Source of the DNA: an uncultured Gammaproteobacteria bacterium
GTDB taxonomy: Bacteria; Patescibacteriota; Patescibacteriia; Patescibacteriales; UBA12465
Direction of reading: 5' to 3'
Assembly (NCBI GenBank): GCA_964408775.1
Contig: CAYPAP010000002.1
Location: 129,109-193,108, forward strand
DNA: 64,000 bases
Shown: positions 9,304-18,526 of the stretch, piece by piece
Position numbering within the stretch: the stretch's first letter is position 1
How the letters are laid out: every line of letters begins with the position of its first letter
Notes under the pieces: generated by a model
Database searches by the model: none
What the model was told of the DNA's origin: nothing
Seen by the model: the letters and a program-made list of their open reading frames with translations, nothing else
Position numbers and translations under genes: made by a program

Positions 9304-11778
9304 TTAAATTTCATCAATAAATTTTGGATCTATTAACCCAATCAAGCGACTTTTACTAACCGCATAGCTGTATTCGTTAAAATTACTATAAGACAAAAAA
9401 ATTCCCTGCTTAGCTCGGGTTAGGGCTACATAAAATAATCTTTTCTCCTCCTCCATATTATCGGATCGAAAAAATGGGAAAGTACCTTCGTTCAGCCCCA
9501 GTAAAAAAACATGGTCAAACTCCAGACCTTTAACCTGGTGAACAGTGACAATCGGCACTCTTCCCTGCTCTAATCCCAAAAAATCAATATTTTTTACCAA
9601 GCCAGCATAATGTAATAAATTATGTAAAGATGATTTGGGATCTAGATTTTTATTATCACGACTGGCAAAAAAGGTTTTTAAAGTTTCAAAGGATTTTAAT
9701 CGTTGTTCGGAGTTTTTGTCTTTTTCATAAAATTCTTTAAGGCCCGATTCCGTCCATAAATATTCTAGTAATTCTGTGGGGCGCAATTTATCAATCTGCT
9801 TTTCCCAATTATTAATACTCAAGCTTAAATTTAAAAACTTGTCCCTAAATTTTTTCCACAAAACAATTCTGTCTTCGCTTTTCTTTTTTAATTCTGTGAT
9901 TAAATAGAATAATAATTCAATGGTAGCCCCAACATCATCATCAGCACTATGAGTAGCGGTTTGAAAATTTAAATTTTTAGCAATATTACTTAATTTATAG
10001 CTTTCTAAATTCAAAATTTTTCTAGCTAAATCTAAGGTGTCATAATAATCAGAAAAAGAAATATTAATTCCGTGGCGCTTGGAATTTTCTTTAATCATAT
10101 TTAGGTCAAATAAAACATTATGTCCAACAACCACAGAATTTCCAATAAATTTCTTTAAATTTTTTAAAATCTTTTTAGGATCTTCTCCTTTTTCGGCTAA
10201 AAATTCATCACTAATTTTATGAACAAAATAAGAAGAGCCAACTGGTTTTTTACTTTTTAAATAAAAATGAAATTCTTCACCCATTTTTCCGTCAATAATT
10301 TCTCGAGCATAAATTTGAACGATATCATCAACGGCCGGGTTAATTCCAGTAGTTTCGGTATCTAAAACAATCATCCGTCCCTCTTTTTCATATTTCAATA
10401 ACTCACTAAAAGGTTCTAAATAATTATAATTTTTAAAACTTAAAAAATTAGATAAACCAAGACCGCATTCCTTGCCCTGAAAATATATTTTTTTCAAAGT
10501 TTCCTCACCAATATTTTTAGCCGGTCGCTCTATAACTCGCTTAGCTGAAAAAGTATCAGCCTTATTTAATAATATTTTTAAATAAGCAAAAATATCTTTA
10601 ACTTCCTGGCGTTTGAAAAAATTATACTGATCAACTGTTAAAAAAGAAATGTTGTTTTCCAAGAAAACTTGAGAAACATTATTTACCTGACGATTATTGC
10701 GAGTTAAAACAGCTATTTTACTCTTAGGATTATCGGCTTTTATTTTTTTAATATTATCAATGATCCACAAAACTTCTTCTTTTAAGTTATAGCCATGAAA
10801 TAATTTAATGGCCCGATTATCATTTTTATTTTCTTCAATTTTATTTTCCGTTCCACTGCTTAATTCCTTAGTTTGAGGATTTTCCATGTTTTTTAAAACA
10901 GACATAAAGGCTTCCAGCAATATGGGGTTAGAGCGATAATTAATACTTAGACCCAATTCTTTAACCGGAGCAAAATGACTTTTAAATAAGTCAGCGATGA
11001 AAACTGGTTGCGAATCTCTAAAGCTATAAATAGTCTGATCAATATCACCAATTAGGGCAATATTTTTATGAACCTTGGCTAACTCCTTGATAACTAAATA
11101 TTCCGATAAATGGGTGTCCTGAAATTCATCCAATTGGATAAAGCGAAAACGATTGGACCATTTAGAATTAATCTCTTTATTGGTCATTAAAGTTTTTAAA
11201 GTTAGCAACACTAACTCATTAAAATCTAAAGAATTTTGTTCTGATAATTTTTCCAAATATTCTTCACCAAAAATTATCATATCAGGTGGAATTTTTTTAT
11301 CAGGAATTTTATGTCCCATTTCTTTTTGTAAAAGAGAGAGGCGATATTTGTAATATACTTCAATGATATTTAAAACTTCCTGTTTTTTTTCTGGGAAAGA
11401 GAGATTAGACTTAATAAAAATTTCTCTGATAATTTCAATTTGTTCATCCTCGTCTAAAATAGAAAAATCAGCCGATAATCCAATATTCTTGGCTTCAGCT
11501 TTGAGAAAATAAGCACAAAATCCATGGAATGTTTGCACAGTTAAGGCATCAAAATCATTTTTATCATCTACTCTTTCTTTGATGCGACTTTTCATTTCAT
11601 CAGCGGCACGATTGGTAAAAGTGAGGGCTAAGATTTCATCTGGCCGAACACCCTCTTTTACAGCTTTTATAATACGCTCTGTTAAAACCGTAGTCTTGCC
11701 CGTACCAACTGGAGCATTAATTAGATAAGCGCCCCAAGTGCTATCAATAATATTTTGTTGCTGGGGATTGAAATTCAT
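9304..11778 (-). CDS. UvrD/PcrA-family helicase with an embedded DEDDh (DnaQ-like) 3'-5' exonuclease domain
   Basis: Helicase: Walker A APVGTGKTT, motif II FIQLDEFQDT, motif IV LSINYRSN, C-terminal VHQVKGLEFDHVFL and YVALTRAK. Exonuclease, in between: VLDTETTG (Exo I), GHNVLFDLNM (Exo II), HSADDDVGAT (Exo III, H-x4-D). Confidence 0.8.
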   Translation of the reverse strand: MNFNPQQQNIIDSTWGAYLINAPVGTGKTTVLTERIIKAVKEGVRPDEILALTFTNRAADEMKSRIKERVDDKNDFDALTVQTFHGFCAYFLKAEAKNIGLSADFSILDEDEQIEIIREIFIKSNLSFPEKKQEVLNIIEVYYKYRLSLLQKEMGHKIPDKKIPPDMIIFGEEYLEKLSEQNSLDFNELVLLTLKTLMTNKEINSKWSNRFRFIQLDEFQDTHLSEYLVIKELAKVHKNIALIGDIDQTIYSFRDSQPVFIADLFKSHFAPVKELGLSINYRSNPILLEAFMSVLKNMENPQTKELSSGTENKIEENKNDNRAIKLFHGYNLKEEVLWIIDNIKKIKADNPKSKIAVLTRNNRQVNNVSQVFLENNISFLTVDQYNFFKRQEVKDIFAYLKILLNKADTFSAKRVIERPAKNIGEETLKKIYFQGKECGLGLSNFLSFKNYNYLEPFSELLKYEKEGRMIVLDTETTGINPAVDDIVQIYAREIIDGKMGEEFHFYLKSKKPVGSSYFVHKISDEFLAEKGEDPKKILKNLKKFIGNSVVVGHNVLFDLNMIKENSKRHGINISFSDYYDTLDLARKILNLESYKLSNIAKNLNFQTATHSADDDVGATIELLFYLITELKKKSEDRIVLWKKFRDKFLNLSLSINNWEKQIDKLRPTELLEYLWTESGLKEFYEKDKNSEQRLKSFETLKTFFASRDNKNLDPKSSLHNLLHYAGLVKNIDFLGLEQGRVPIVTVHQVKGLEFDHVFLLGLNEGTFPFFRSDNMEEEKRLFYVALTRAKQGIFLSYSNFNEYSYAVSKSRLIGLIDPKFIDEI

Positions 11779-11884
11779 ATTTTAAAATTTAGATAAAATT
11801 TAGTTTAATTTAAGTAAAATTTAAAGTAGCAAAAACACTACTTCTATGTTAAAATAATGATAGATTATTATTATAACATTTTTT

Positions 11885-12514
11885 ATGGATTTAGAGAAAG
11901 AAAGGTTATTATTTAAAAGTGGACATAAATTAATAGCTGCCACCGATGAGGCCGGACGCGGTCCTTTGGCCGGTCCAGTAGTCAGCGCCTGTGTTATTAT
12001 TGATGAAAATTTTGCAATTACTCCTGAGCTAGAAAAGATTAGGGATTCTAAAAAATTAAGCGCCAAGCAACGTCAAACCCTCTTCCCTATTATCAAAAAA
12101 AGCGTTAAGGCCGTAGAAATTGGAATTTGCGATAATGGAATTATTGATAAAATAAATATTTTGCAAGCTAGTTTTTTATCGATGCGCCGGGCCTTGAATA
12201 AAATAGATTTAAAACCAGATATTATTTTAGTTGATGGTAAATTTAAAATTCCTAAAATAGACATTCCCCAGGAAGCGATTATCTCAGGTGATAATACTGT
12301 TTTTAGTATTGCCATGGCTTCAATTATTGCTAAAGTCAGTCGTGATTTTATTATGGAGGAATTTCATAAAAAATACCCCTTATACTGTTTTGATAAGCAT
12401 AAAGGGTATGGAACTAAATTACATATGGAAATGATTAGCCTCTATGGACCCTGTCCTATTCATCGTCTCAGCTTCGCCCCGTTTTCGGTGCCGGTTGATA
12501 AGATTAATTCTTGA
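11885..12514 (+). CDS. rnhB: Ribonuclease HII
   Basis: ATDEAGRGPLAGPVVSA motif, about 210 aa, TGA stop. Confidence 0.9.
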   Translation: MDLEKERLLFKSGHKLIAATDEAGRGPLAGPVVSACVIIDENFAITPELEKIRDSKKLSAKQRQTLFPIIKKSVKAVEIGICDNGIIDKINILQASFLSMRRALNKIDLKPDIILVDGKFKIPKIDIPQEAIISGDNTVFSIAMASIIAKVSRDFIMEEFHKKYPLYCFDKHKGYGTKLHMEMISLYGPCPIHRLSFAPFSVPVDKINS

Positions 12515-12527
12515 AATATAAAACAAG

Positions 12528-13982
12528 CTATAATACAGCCTTCTTAACTCTATCTAAGCTTTTACCTTTTCCCAAAACCCAAGCCAACTCCATCGGACTA
12601 GGGCTATTTTTTTGTCCAGACAAAGCTACTCGCATTGGCCATAAATAATCACCATTCTTCTTATCATTACTTTTAATATAAGCAAAAATAGCTTCTTCTA
12701 AATTTTCTTTGGTCCAATTGTCTTCATTAATCCCCTCCAAAACCGGAATTAATTCTTTTAAATTATTTTTAACATCTTCTAAACTTAAACTTTTCCAAAC
12801 CAATAATTCCTCATCATAAACAATTTCATCTCTAAATAAATAAAAACTCAACTCATTAATATCTTCTAATTTTTTTAATCTTTCCTGAGAAACAGAAATA
12901 ACTCTATGAATAAAATCCAAATCGGTATTTTCGTTAATTAATCCTTCTTTAGCTAAATAGGGTCGACATAATTCACTCAATTCCTCGACGCTTTTTTGAC
13001 GAAGATAATAACCATTTAAATAATCCAATTTTTCTAAATCAAAAACTGCCGGCGAAACACCCATTCCCTCTAAAGAAAATTTTTCGATTATCTCCTCTAA
13101 ACTCAAAATCTCCTGATCATCTTTAGGATGCCAACCAAGTAGAGCGCAAAAATTAATAATAGCCTCGGGTAAATATCCCTTATTCCTATAATCTTCCACA
13201 AAAACATCGCCCTGACGCTTGCTCAACTTTCCTCCACCTTTATTCAAAATTAAAGGTAAATGAATAAATTTAGGCATCTCCCAGCCAAAAGCTTGATACA
13301 ATAAAGCGTTCTTAGGAAAACTAGCTAACCACTCATCACCTCGAGCGACGTGACTTATTTTCATTAGATAATCATCAACAATATTGGCAAATTGATAAGT
13401 TGGCACTCCGTTAGATTTTATCAAAACATGATCATCTAAGTCGGCGGTTTTAAAAACAATTTTTCCCCGAAGCTCATCAACCACCTCCACACAAATATTT
13501 TGTGGAATTTTTTGTCGAATAACATAGCTTTCACCATTTTTAATTTTTCCCTCAACCTCCTCGGCGCTCAAACCTCGACAATGACCATCATATTTTGGAG
13601 CCTGTTTATTTTCCTGTTGCTTATTTCTCATCTCCTCCAATCTTTCAGCCGAACAAAAACAATGGTAAGCACCATCTTTGGCTAATAATTCTTTAATATA
13701 TTTTTGATAAATTTCCAAGCGCTGAGTTTGAATATATGGTCCATAATCACCACCGACATGCGGACCTTCATCAAATTTTATTCCCGCCCAAGACAAAACA
13801 TCCAATAAACTCTCCACTGCTCCATCAACTTCCCTTTTTTGATCGGTATCTTCGATGCGTAAAACAAAATCGCCTTTCATACTTTTAGCTAAAAAATAAC
13901 CGAACAAAGCCGTACGCAAATTGCCAATATGAACAAATCCGGTCGGTGATGGTGCAAATCTTAATCTAATATTATTTTTCAT
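12528..13982 (-). CDS. gltX: Glutamyl-tRNA synthetase
   Basis: RFAPSPTGFVHIGNLRTALF (HIGH region) and KLSKRQG (KMSKS). Confidence 0.9.
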   Translation of the reverse strand: MKNNIRLRFAPSPTGFVHIGNLRTALFGYFLAKSMKGDFVLRIEDTDQKREVDGAVESLLDVLSWAGIKFDEGPHVGGDYGPYIQTQRLEIYQKYIKELLAKDGAYHCFCSAERLEEMRNKQQENKQAPKYDGHCRGLSAEEVEGKIKNGESYVIRQKIPQNICVEVVDELRGKIVFKTADLDDHVLIKSNGVPTYQFANIVDDYLMKISHVARGDEWLASFPKNALLYQAFGWEMPKFIHLPLILNKGGGKLSKRQGDVFVEDYRNKGYLPEAIINFCALLGWHPKDDQEILSLEEIIEKFSLEGMGVSPAVFDLEKLDYLNGYYLRQKSVEELSELCRPYLAKEGLINENTDLDFIHRVISVSQERLKKLEDINELSFYLFRDEIVYDEELLVWKSLSLEDVKNNLKELIPVLEGINEDNWTKENLEEAIFAYIKSNDKKNGDYLWPMRVALSGQKNSPSPMELAWVLGKGKSLDRVKKAVL

Positions 13983-14048
13983 AAATACTTTATTATTTTT
14001 ATATTCTTAATTATTTTATGTTAAAATTAATCCTATCAATTTCTATAT

Positions 14049-15365
14049 TTATCTTTTCCCTTTTAGGTAATCATTAAATTTATCAAAAAAAACCTTAGTT
14101 GCGTCCCTCCTAATAGGATGAACCTCTTTAACTAAATCTGAAGCCCTTACCCATTTCCAGGCAGAATGATCCCAAAAATTGATTTTAATATCGGCGTCAC
14201 TCCCCTTGTATTCAGCAATTAATAAACTTTGCACTTGCCCCTTAAAACCATAGCGCCCCTTAGTATTAGCTATATATTTGAAAACATTTTTATAAATCTT
14301 TTTTGGAAAAAACTCCCTAATACCTAGTTCTTCATACATTTCCCTGCTACCAGCACGCATTACCCTGTCGCCATCAGTTCCACCCTGAGGCAATTGCCAG
14401 TGCCCCTCTTCTTCACTTCTTTCTGCTAATAAAATCTGATAATGATCCAATGGATTTCTATCTTTATTGTCTATAGCTGTATAAGGCAAGGGATTTTTTT
14501 TATACAATAAACAAGCTACATTTTTTCTATATTTAAAAGGAGCAAGAAACTTCCAATAAAGAAATTTATTCATAAAAATAAAAACCGCTCGGAATATTCT
14601 TTTAAACCTCTTGGGCTGCTTTATCAAACGCCATAACCATTCTAAACCTAAAAATCTCATCCACTTAGGAGCTCGCTTAATTTTCCCAGTTAGAAAATCC
14701 AAGGCCCCACCAATGCCAATACCAATTTTAACGCTAGGGACTTTTCCTAGATTATGAAAAATAAATTTCTCCTGATAAGGCGCTCCAAAATTACATATCA
14801 TAACATCTGGAGAAAAATCTAAAATCTTATTAGGAACCAAAAAATCTAATTTATCATTAACTCTTTTTTCTATTTTTTTAGCAAATTTAGTAAAAATATT
14901 TTTTTTCTCAAAATCAAAATTAATAAGTTCTCTTTTAGTAGAAATTGAAAAATCAAAATCAGCCTCCTCAATTAAGAACTTTAAATTTGGGTAGCGATTA
15001 GATAAGGCTATAGATATCTCTGAAGAAGATGATAAACCTTTTTTATTATTGACTATTAAAACTTTTTTATTTTTTTCTTCGGCTATTCTTAATATTTCCA
15101 AAATAGCATCGGCTCCAGTTAGACGCTTTATTTTTTTCCCCATCAATGTAGCCGACAATTTCAAACCGAAGCCATCCGGCAAGGAAAGACTGGCTTTATT
15201 TAAAATATAAAAAAACTCCTCATCTTTTCGAGATTTCAAAATTATCTCGGGATTGGGTGTAACTATATAATTTTGATTATTGGACTCTAAAAAATCTAAT
15301 ATTCTTCTAGAAAAAACTTCCAAACTAATATCATTGTCTAAATTAACTCCTAAAATATTTATCAT
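14049..15365 (-). CDS. Fusion protein: WecB/TagA/CpsF-family glycosyltransferase (N-terminal) plus Nudix-like hydrolase (C-terminal)
   Basis: N-terminal part: IVTPNPEIIL, LPDGFGLK, GAPYQEKF, RAPKWMRFLGLEWLWRLIKQPKRFKRI. C-terminal part: GHWQLPQGG...REMYEELGI (Nudix box core RE-U-x-EE-x-G-U, with a shortened upstream part). Confidence 0.7.
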   Translation of the reverse strand: MINILGVNLDNDISLEVFSRRILDFLESNNQNYIVTPNPEIILKSRKDEEFFYILNKASLSLPDGFGLKLSATLMGKKIKRLTGADAILEILRIAEEKNKKVLIVNNKKGLSSSSEISIALSNRYPNLKFLIEEADFDFSISTKRELINFDFEKKNIFTKFAKKIEKRVNDKLDFLVPNKILDFSPDVMICNFGAPYQEKFIFHNLGKVPSVKIGIGIGGALDFLTGKIKRAPKWMRFLGLEWLWRLIKQPKRFKRIFRAVFIFMNKFLYWKFLAPFKYRKNVACLLYKKNPLPYTAIDNKDRNPLDHYQILLAERSEEEGHWQLPQGGTDGDRVMRAGSREMYEELGIREFFPKKIYKNVFKYIANTKGRYGFKGQVQSLLIAEYKGSDADIKINFWDHSAWKWVRASDLVKEVHPIRRDATKVFFDKFNDYLKGKR

Positions 15366-15553
15366 AAGGCAAGCAAATTATTTAATATTATTCTATTATA
15401 GTGCATATTTTCTGCTAATTTTATTATATCCTAAATATAATCTTTAGTAAACATAAAAACAACCATAACTCAATATTAGACTTTTAGTCTTAAATTTGCT
15501 AAAATTTTAATATAATAAATATAAAAATTATAATTAATTTATAATAAAATTAT

Positions 15554-16522
15554 ATGCAAAAACTTGACCAAGTTTCAAATAAAATTAAAGTATTAACTAT
15601 TAACAATCCTAAAAAACCAGGAGATATGAAATGGTATAATATTTTAAAGCCTGGGAAAAAAGAAATTGATTACCTTAAAAAAGAATTTGACTTTGAAGAA
15701 AAGCACCTAGAGGCCTCTCTATCAAAAATGTCGGCTCAAAGACCGATGATTTATCAAGGAAAAAATTATTTGTTTATAATATTACACTTCCCCATCCAAT
15801 ATAAAGGAAGAATAATCCCGGGAGAAATAGAATTTTTCATCGGGCACGGATTTTTAGCAACACTTCACGACAATAAAAACAAAACTTTGAATGATTTTTT
15901 TAATTATTGTCAAAAAGAATCAGTCTTCCTAGAATCATACCAGTATGAATCATCAGCTATTCTGCTTTATGAAATTCTCGAGAAGCTCATACAAGATTCA
16001 TATTTGCTATTAGATGAAAACAATATAAAAATCAACGAAGTAGAGAAAAAAATATTTTCTCAACAACAAAAAATTATTACTTCAAAATTATTAACTCTAA
16101 AAGTTAATATTATTAATATCAGAAGAATTGTTCAAAACCATAAAAATATCATGAAAAAATTAACTGAAATGAAAAGTAGTTTAGTTTCTCAAAAACAAAT
16201 AACTCGATATTATGACATGCTAGCTGAGCACAGTCAAAGGATTTGGGAGTTTTCTGAGATTCAAAAAGAGATAATTGAGTCATTACATGATACTAGCGAG
16301 TCAGTTATGAGTTATAAAATAAATAATATCATGAAAACTCTTACTATTGTCTCAGTTATTTTAATGCCCTTAAATTTAGTAGCATCAGCTCTAGGAATGA
16401 ATATGGATCCCAACCCACTTAAGACTCAAAGTGGTATTACCTACCTAACGAGCGTCTCTATTGTCTTTATTATCTTAATTATAATTATGTTAATATTTTT
16501 TAAAAGAAAAAAATGGTTATAA
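15554..16522 (+). CDS. corA: CorA-family Mg2+/Co2+ transporter
   Basis: GMN motif (ALGMNMDP) between two C-terminal TM helices, about 320 aa. Confidence 0.8.
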   Translation: MQKLDQVSNKIKVLTINNPKKPGDMKWYNILKPGKKEIDYLKKEFDFEEKHLEASLSKMSAQRPMIYQGKNYLFIILHFPIQYKGRIIPGEIEFFIGHGFLATLHDNKNKTLNDFFNYCQKESVFLESYQYESSAILLYEILEKLIQDSYLLLDENNIKINEVEKKIFSQQQKIITSKLLTLKVNIINIRRIVQNHKNIMKKLTEMKSSLVSQKQITRYYDMLAEHSQRIWEFSEIQKEIIESLHDTSESVMSYKINNIMKTLTIVSVILMPLNLVASALGMNMDPNPLKTQSGITYLTSVSIVFIILIIIMLIFFKRKKWL

Positions 16523-16567
16523 AAAAAATTTAAAAAAATAGGCGAAAAATAGGTAAAATCACTAAAA

Positions 16568-16592
16568 ATACTGGCGAAAACCAGTATTTTTT
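16568..16592 (+). terminator. Intrinsic terminator after corA
   Basis: ATACTGG cgaaaa CCAGTAT followed by TTTTTT. Confidence 0.7.
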
Positions 16593-16608
16593 AAAATCTC
16601 ACTTACTA

Positions 16609-16637
16609 TTGACATTAATTTATTATTGTGATATAAT
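16609..16637 (+). promoter_or_regulatory. Sigma-70-type promoter of the GT4 gene
   Basis: TTGACA (16609-16614), 17 nt, TATAAT (16632-16637); 19 nt upstream of the ATG at 16657. Confidence 0.6.
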
Positions 16638-16656
16638 TACCTATTAATTTAAAGAT

Positions 16657-17751
16657 ATGAAAATATATATAATTGGACAAAAAGGAATACCGGCAATGGG
16701 GGGCGGAGTGGAAACTCACGTTCACAATTTGTCTTTAAAATTAGCTGAAAAAGGCCACGATGTTTTTGTTTATACTAGGCATAGTTATAGTGATAAGAGA
16801 TTAAAGAAATACCAAAATATTAATCTAATTCCCCTGCCTAGCATAAAAACAAAAAATCTAGATGCTATCAGCCACACAATATTGGCCTGTTTTGATTTTA
16901 TTTTCAAGAGAAAGGCTGATGTGATTCACTTCCATTCTATCGGACCAGCTTCTTTAATTTGGCTAATAAAAATTTTCCGTCCTCGAGTTAAGGTTGTCTT
17001 TACCTTTCATAGTCAATGCTACTTTAACGCTAAGTGGGGTAAATTTGCTAAAAATTATTTAAGTTTAGGAGAAAAAATCGGATGTAAAATGGCCGACGAG
17101 GTTATTGTTGTTTCTAAAAATCTAAAAAAATACGTAGAGGATAAATACAAGATTAAAGTAAAATATATTCCTAACGGAGTTAACGAAGCTAAAATTATTC
17201 CGGCTAATATCATAAAAAGTAATTGGGGGCTAGAAAAAGACTCCTATATCCTGTCTGTATCTCGTCTAGTAAAAAATAAAGGGCTGGAATATTTAATTGA
17301 GGCTTACAAAAATATTAATACTGACAAAAAATTAGTTATTGTTGGAGATGGTCCGTATATTAGTAAACTAATAGAGCTGTCTTCAGGAAATAAAAATATT
17401 ATTTTTACCGGAAAGCAATTTGGGGATACTTTAGCTGAACTATATTCTAACGCTAATCTATTTGTTCAGCCGTCCGAGGCTGAAGGCCTATCAATTTCCT
17501 TGCTAGAATCTATCTCTTATAAGCTTCCAGTTTTAATTAGTGATATTGAGGCAAATTTGGAAGTTGTTGGTCCAGATGCTTTTTCTTTTGAAAATAAAAA
17601 CACTTCTGATTTAATCGAAAAATTAAAGTTATTTTTAAGTGAAGAAAATAAAGAAGACATTGACAAGAAAAGGGAGAAAATATATAATAATATAATGGAA
17701 TATTACAATTGGGACGATATTGCTAGCAAAAATATTGAATTATACAAGTAA
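16657..17751 (+). CDS. Glycosyltransferase family 4
   Basis: GGVETHV near the N-terminus and an E-x7-E motif (PSEAEGLSISLLESISYKLPVL). Confidence 0.8.
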   Translation: MKIYIIGQKGIPAMGGGVETHVHNLSLKLAEKGHDVFVYTRHSYSDKRLKKYQNINLIPLPSIKTKNLDAISHTILACFDFIFKRKADVIHFHSIGPASLIWLIKIFRPRVKVVFTFHSQCYFNAKWGKFAKNYLSLGEKIGCKMADEVIVVSKNLKKYVEDKYKIKVKYIPNGVNEAKIIPANIIKSNWGLEKDSYILSVSRLVKNKGLEYLIEAYKNINTDKKLVIVGDGPYISKLIELSSGNKNIIFTGKQFGDTLAELYSNANLFVQPSEAEGLSISLLESISYKLPVLISDIEANLEVVGPDAFSFENKNTSDLIEKLKLFLSEENKEDIDKKREKIYNNIMEYYNWDDIASKNIELYK

Positions 17752-17932
17752 ATAAACGCCACTTTTATTGCTGTAATAATAAACAAATATATACGGCAAT
17801 AAAGAAGTAGACCCTAGTCCTTTAACAACAATACCAAAACAACATACATACTTCTGCACTTCAAATTCAACTAATATAATAACAAACCAAAAAAGGAGAC
17901 CTCGTGTGAGAAACTAAGCTCGAGGAAAAACC

Positions 17933-18454
17933 ATGAAAACAACGACTATTGTGATGATTGCTACACTCGCTTTTGTCTTGGGGGGGTGTAAAGATTTCGA
18001 CATGGCAACGCCATCGTCGGACCCTAATGTTACACCAGTCCCATCAGGACAGTACACCTGGCCAGGATGTAATCCCAGGCCGGTGGAATTCCTGGGAAAA
18101 ACCCAGGTTGCTTCTGGCTCCTACGATTATTCCTTCCGGATACATCTGGACGGAAGTCAGGTGGACCCCAATCCCCTTACTCTGGGATCATTCTCAATTC
18201 CTCATGTAGGACCGACAGGATGTGCCCCTAGTAATGGTGACGTAATATACAACAACGTTTCAAACGATGCCCAGTATTATCTGGACAAAATTGAAAACGG
18301 ATGGGTGTATTACCGGATCAGGTCTGCTCCAGGTCACACTTTGAAATACAATATCTCAAAGATGCCCGGGGCAATTCCAGGCAACTGGTTTCTCAGACAT
18401 GGGTTGGCCTACGATGACGGTGTAAACAACATCATCATCTTTACAACCAACTGA
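17933..18454 (+). CDS. Lipoprotein of unknown function, compositionally atypical (GC-rich)
   Basis: Signal peptide with a lipobox, MKTTTIVMIATLAFVLGG|C. GAGGA lies 8-12 nt upstream of the ATG. G+C is far above the neighbours. Confidence 0.6.
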   Translation: MKTTTIVMIATLAFVLGGCKDFDMATPSSDPNVTPVPSGQYTWPGCNPRPVEFLGKTQVASGSYDYSFRIHLDGSQVDPNPLTLGSFSIPHVGPTGCAPSNGDVIYNNVSNDAQYYLDKIENGWVYYRIRSAPGHTLKYNISKMPGAIPGNWFLRHGLAYDDGVNNIIIFTTN

Positions 18455-18483
18455 GGCACGCACACGCACCAAAAAAAACAAGA

Positions 18484-18510
18484 AAGCCGAGCAAATGCCC
18501 GGCTTCTTTT
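18484..18510. terminator. Hairpin terminator between convergent genes (lipoprotein / pyrG)
   Basis: AAGCCGAGC aaat GCCCGGCTT (one mismatch), with an A-run before and a T-rich tract after. Confidence 0.65.
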
Positions 18511-18526
18511 AATTTTACAGACAATA

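Noticed and set aside
9304-11778. Helicase-nuclease as an anti-phage defence gene (Gabija, Nhi or Hachiman-like)
   Set aside because: It is a single gene with no partner typical of those systems. It is flanked by rnhB, gltX and an M23 peptidase, and its composition is typical of the genome. A housekeeping repair role is more parsimonious.
15366-15553. Mg2+ riboswitch (M-box) upstream of corA
   Set aside because: The spacer is almost pure A/T, with no G/C-rich paired elements of the size an M-box needs.
17958-18209. 83-aa same-strand ORF overlapping the lipoprotein gene; likewise 34915-35181 opposite the barrel-like gene
   Set aside because: Long alternative-frame ORFs are expected inside GC-rich segments. 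These have no start context, signal or motif. The lipoprotein and signal-peptide frames are clearly the coding ones.
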